Source: Candidatus Hydrogenedens sp.
GTDB taxonomy: Bacteria > Hydrogenedentota > Hydrogenedentia > Hydrogenedentales > Hydrogenedentaceae
Length of the DNA: 64,000 bases
Reading direction: 5' to 3'
NCBI GenBank assembly: GCA_049968235.1
Contig: JBMFRC010000001.1
Coordinates: forward strand, 192,001-256,000
In this document: positions 62,099-64,000 of the stretch, piece by piece
Position numbering within the stretch: the stretch's first letter is position 1
How the letters are laid out: each line of letters opens with the position of its first letter
The notes under the pieces: generated by a model
Database searches by the model: none
The model's input: the letters and a program-made list of their open reading frames with translations, nothing else
What the model was told of the DNA's origin: nothing
Translations under genes and position numbers: made by a program

Positions 62099-64000
62099 AT
62101 GCAGAATTGGGAAATAAGTTCGGCTGAGATTTTTACAGACTTGGTTCCGTTCACGCATGTATTGAAGAGAGATGGGCGAAAGGTTCCTTTCTCTGCAGGA
62201 AAAATAACCCAAGCCATCTTAAAGGCAGGAAAAGCCACCGGTGAATTTGGGATAGATATTGCCCGTCGTTTAACTCTTCGTGTATTGGCACTTTTGCAAA
62301 CTATGCCATTAGAAGGACATCCCACTGTTGAAGAAATTCAGGACGCGGTGGAAGAGATTTTATTAATGTCACCATTTAAGAAAACCGCTAAGGCATATAT
62401 TCTTTATCGTGACCAGCATGCTCGCATCCGTGAGATGGTCAATAAAGCGGATGTAGATTTGATTGACCGCTATCTTGAAAAGATGGACTGGAAAGTTCAG
62501 GAAAACAGTAATATGGCATATTCCCTCCAGGGTTTGAACAATTATATTTCCAGTGAAATTAGCAAGGTATATTGGCTTAACAAAATCTATACACCAGAAG
62601 TACGAGAAGCACATCGTTCGGGAGACTTGCATCTACATGACCTTGGTTTGCTATCGGTATATTGTGTAGGCTGGGATTTGCAAGATTTGCTATTAAATGG
62701 CTTTCAGGGAGCACCGGGAAAAGCAGAGAGCAAGCCTGCCAAACATTTCCATACAGCATTAGGGCAGGTTGTTAATTTCTTTTATACCTTACAGGGTGAA
62801 GCGGCAGGGGCACAGGCTTTTAGCAACTTTGACACTCTTTTAGCACCTTTTATCCGTTATGATGGTTTAAATTATCGTGAGGTAAAGCAAGCACTACAAG
62901 AGTTTATTTTTAATTTGAATGTAGCAACACGGGTTGGTTTCCAAACTCCATTTACGAATGTTACATTGGACTTACAACCACCTGCCAATTTAGCCAATCA
63001 GCCTGTTATCATTGGTGGGGAATATCAAGATGCCACATATGGTGAGTTCGCAAACGAAATGAAACTATTTAATTCGGCGTTTCTTGAGGTTCTTTCCGAA
63101 GGAGATGCAAAAGGACGAGTATTTAGTTTTCCAATACCTACTTACAATATTACTAAAGATTTTAACTGGGATGACCCGGACCTTGTCCGTTTATGGGAAG
63201 TAACGGCAAAATATGGCATTCCGTATTTTGCCAATTTTATCCATTCCGATATGTCCCCTTGTGATGCCCGTTCGATGTGTTGTCGTTTACGGCTGGATTT
63301 GCGTGCATTAGAACGAAGAGGCGGTGGGCTTTTCGGGGCAAATCCATTAACAGGGTCCATCGGTGTTGTTACCATCAATATGCCTCGAATTGGCTACTTA
63401 TCTGCGAATGAGGATGAATTTTTTGAACGATTTGATAATTTGATAAATATTGCCCGCACCAGTCTCGAAACGAAGCGGAAGGTGCTTGAACAATTAACAG
63501 ATAACGATTTATATCCATACACGAAATTCTACCTGCGTAATGTATATCAACGATATAACCATTACTGGAACAATCATTTCTCTACTATTGGTCTGATTGG
63601 TATGAATGAAGCATGCCTGAATCTCCTTGGAAAGGATATTGGCACTTCAGAAGGCTTAGAATTTGCAATCCGAGTACTGTACCATGCCCGAAACCGGTTA
63701 AGAGAATTCCAACAGGAAACAGGTAATTTGTATAACCTTGAAGCAACTCCTGCTGAAGGGACCAGTTATCGTCTTGCTCGTCTGGATTATGAACGCTATC
63801 CGGATGCCCATTTTGCGAATACGGAACAACTCCGAAATGGTAGTGTCCCATTTTATACCAATTCTACACAATTACCTGTAAATTATACCGATGATATTTT
63901 CAAAGTGCTTGAGTTACAGGACCCACTACAGACACAATATACCGGTGGTACGGTTCTGCACATCTTTTTAGGGGAATCGGTAGCCAATCCTAATGCGGTC
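62099..64000 (+). CDS. nrdD: anaerobic ribonucleoside-triphosphate reductase (class III RNR), 5' 634 codons; continues beyond window
   Basis: my own translation from ATG 62099 (AGGGAG SD) is open to the window end; N-terminal ATP-cone (VLKRDGRKVPFSAGKITQAI), NrdD core motifs incl. CDARSMCCRLRLD. Confidence 0.85.
   Translation, partial: MQNWEISSAEIFTDLVPFTHVLKRDGRKVPFSAGKITQAILKAGKATGEFGIDIARRLTLRVLALLQTMPLEGHPTVEEIQDAVEEILLMSPFKKTAKAYILYRDQHARIREMVNKADVDLIDRYLEKMDWKVQENSNMAYSLQGLNNYISSEISKVYWLNKIYTPEVREAHRSGDLHLHDLGLLSVYCVGWDLQDLLLNGFQGAPGKAESKPAKHFHTALGQVVNFFYTLQGEAAGAQAFSNFDTLLAPFIRYDGLNYREVKQALQEFIFNLNVATRVGFQTPFTNVTLDLQPPANLANQPVIIGGEYQDATYGEFANEMKLFNSAFLEVLSEGDAKGRVFSFPIPTYNITKDFNWDDPDLVRLWEVTAKYGIPYFANFIHSDMSPCDARSMCCRLRLDLRALERRGGGLFGANPLTGSIGVVTINMPRIGYLSANEDEFFERFDNLINIARTSLETKRKVLEQLTDNDLYPYTKFYLRNVYQRYNHYWNNHFSTIGLIGMNEACLNLLGKDIGTSEGLEFAIRVLYHARNRLREFQQETGNLYNLEATPAEGTSYRLARLDYERYPDAHFANTEQLRNGSVPFYTNSTQLPVNYTDDIFKVLELQDPLQTQYTGGTVLHIFLGESVANPNAV

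Noticed and set aside
1-64000. CRISPR arrays, rRNA, tRNA and reverse-transcriptase (YxDD) genes
   Set aside because: No regularly spaced direct repeats, no rRNA-like GC-rich blocks, no T-loop (GTTCGA/GTTCAA) contexts in intergenic DNA, and no YADD/YVDD motif in any ORF. None is present as far as can be judged by eye.

Overview
This 64 kb window looks like chromosomal DNA from a low-GC (roughly 40%) bacterium. I annotated it by eye, using protein motifs visible in the six-frame ORF track and my own reading of the intergenic DNA. No searches or folding programs were run, so every family assignment rests on motifs I recognised.

Confidently assignable core genes:
- nqrABCDEF, a complete Na+-NQR operon on the minus strand (102..6059).
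- An SDR oxidoreductase, two metallophosphoesterases, and the helicases recG and recD2.
- A fused pabB-pabC gene, tatC and a TatA/B-family gene, and metF followed by a URO-D-family gene that is translationally coupled to an 852-aa secreted protein.
- A cluster of two Gfo/Idh/MocA genes flanking a sugar-phosphate isomerase/epimerase gene, and an rbsBAC-like sugar ABC transporter.
- A DJ-1/PfpI gene, ubiE, a methyl-accepting chemotaxis protein, two class-I SAM methyltransferases, a Tat-secreted sulfatase, a zinc-ribbon protein, and the 5' part of nrdD running off the window end.
- gcvT-gcvH-gcvPA-gcvPB-folD, a one-carbon operon on the minus strand (42286..47639).

Features beyond ordinary CDS:
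1. A very good candidate ZTP (pfl-motif) riboswitch lies in the gcvT leader (47717..47796, minus strand).
2. A phased array of at least eight DnaA boxes (61664..61866) precedes an AT-rich tract and a candidate NrdR box upstream of nrdD. This is either an oriC-like region or a DnaA/NrdR-regulated nrdD promoter.
3. Three intergenic stem-loops form a small family: an 8-bp GC stem around a roughly 20-nt loop with shared loop motifs (20839, 28664, 41555).
4. An AT-rich accessory island (about 54576..59584) carries a coupled two-gene small-ORF module, a decayed gene, and a type II R-M-like module.
5. A 166-aa large-serine-recombinase fragment (18169..18669) lacks its catalytic and C-terminal domains.
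6. Near-identical 102-bp tandem repeats sit in a Pro-rich secreted protein (35064..35305).
7. A 635-aa protein carries an HprK-like P-loop, and an orphan P-loop NTPase is flanked by AT-rich DNA.

I found no CRISPR array, tRNA or rRNA.
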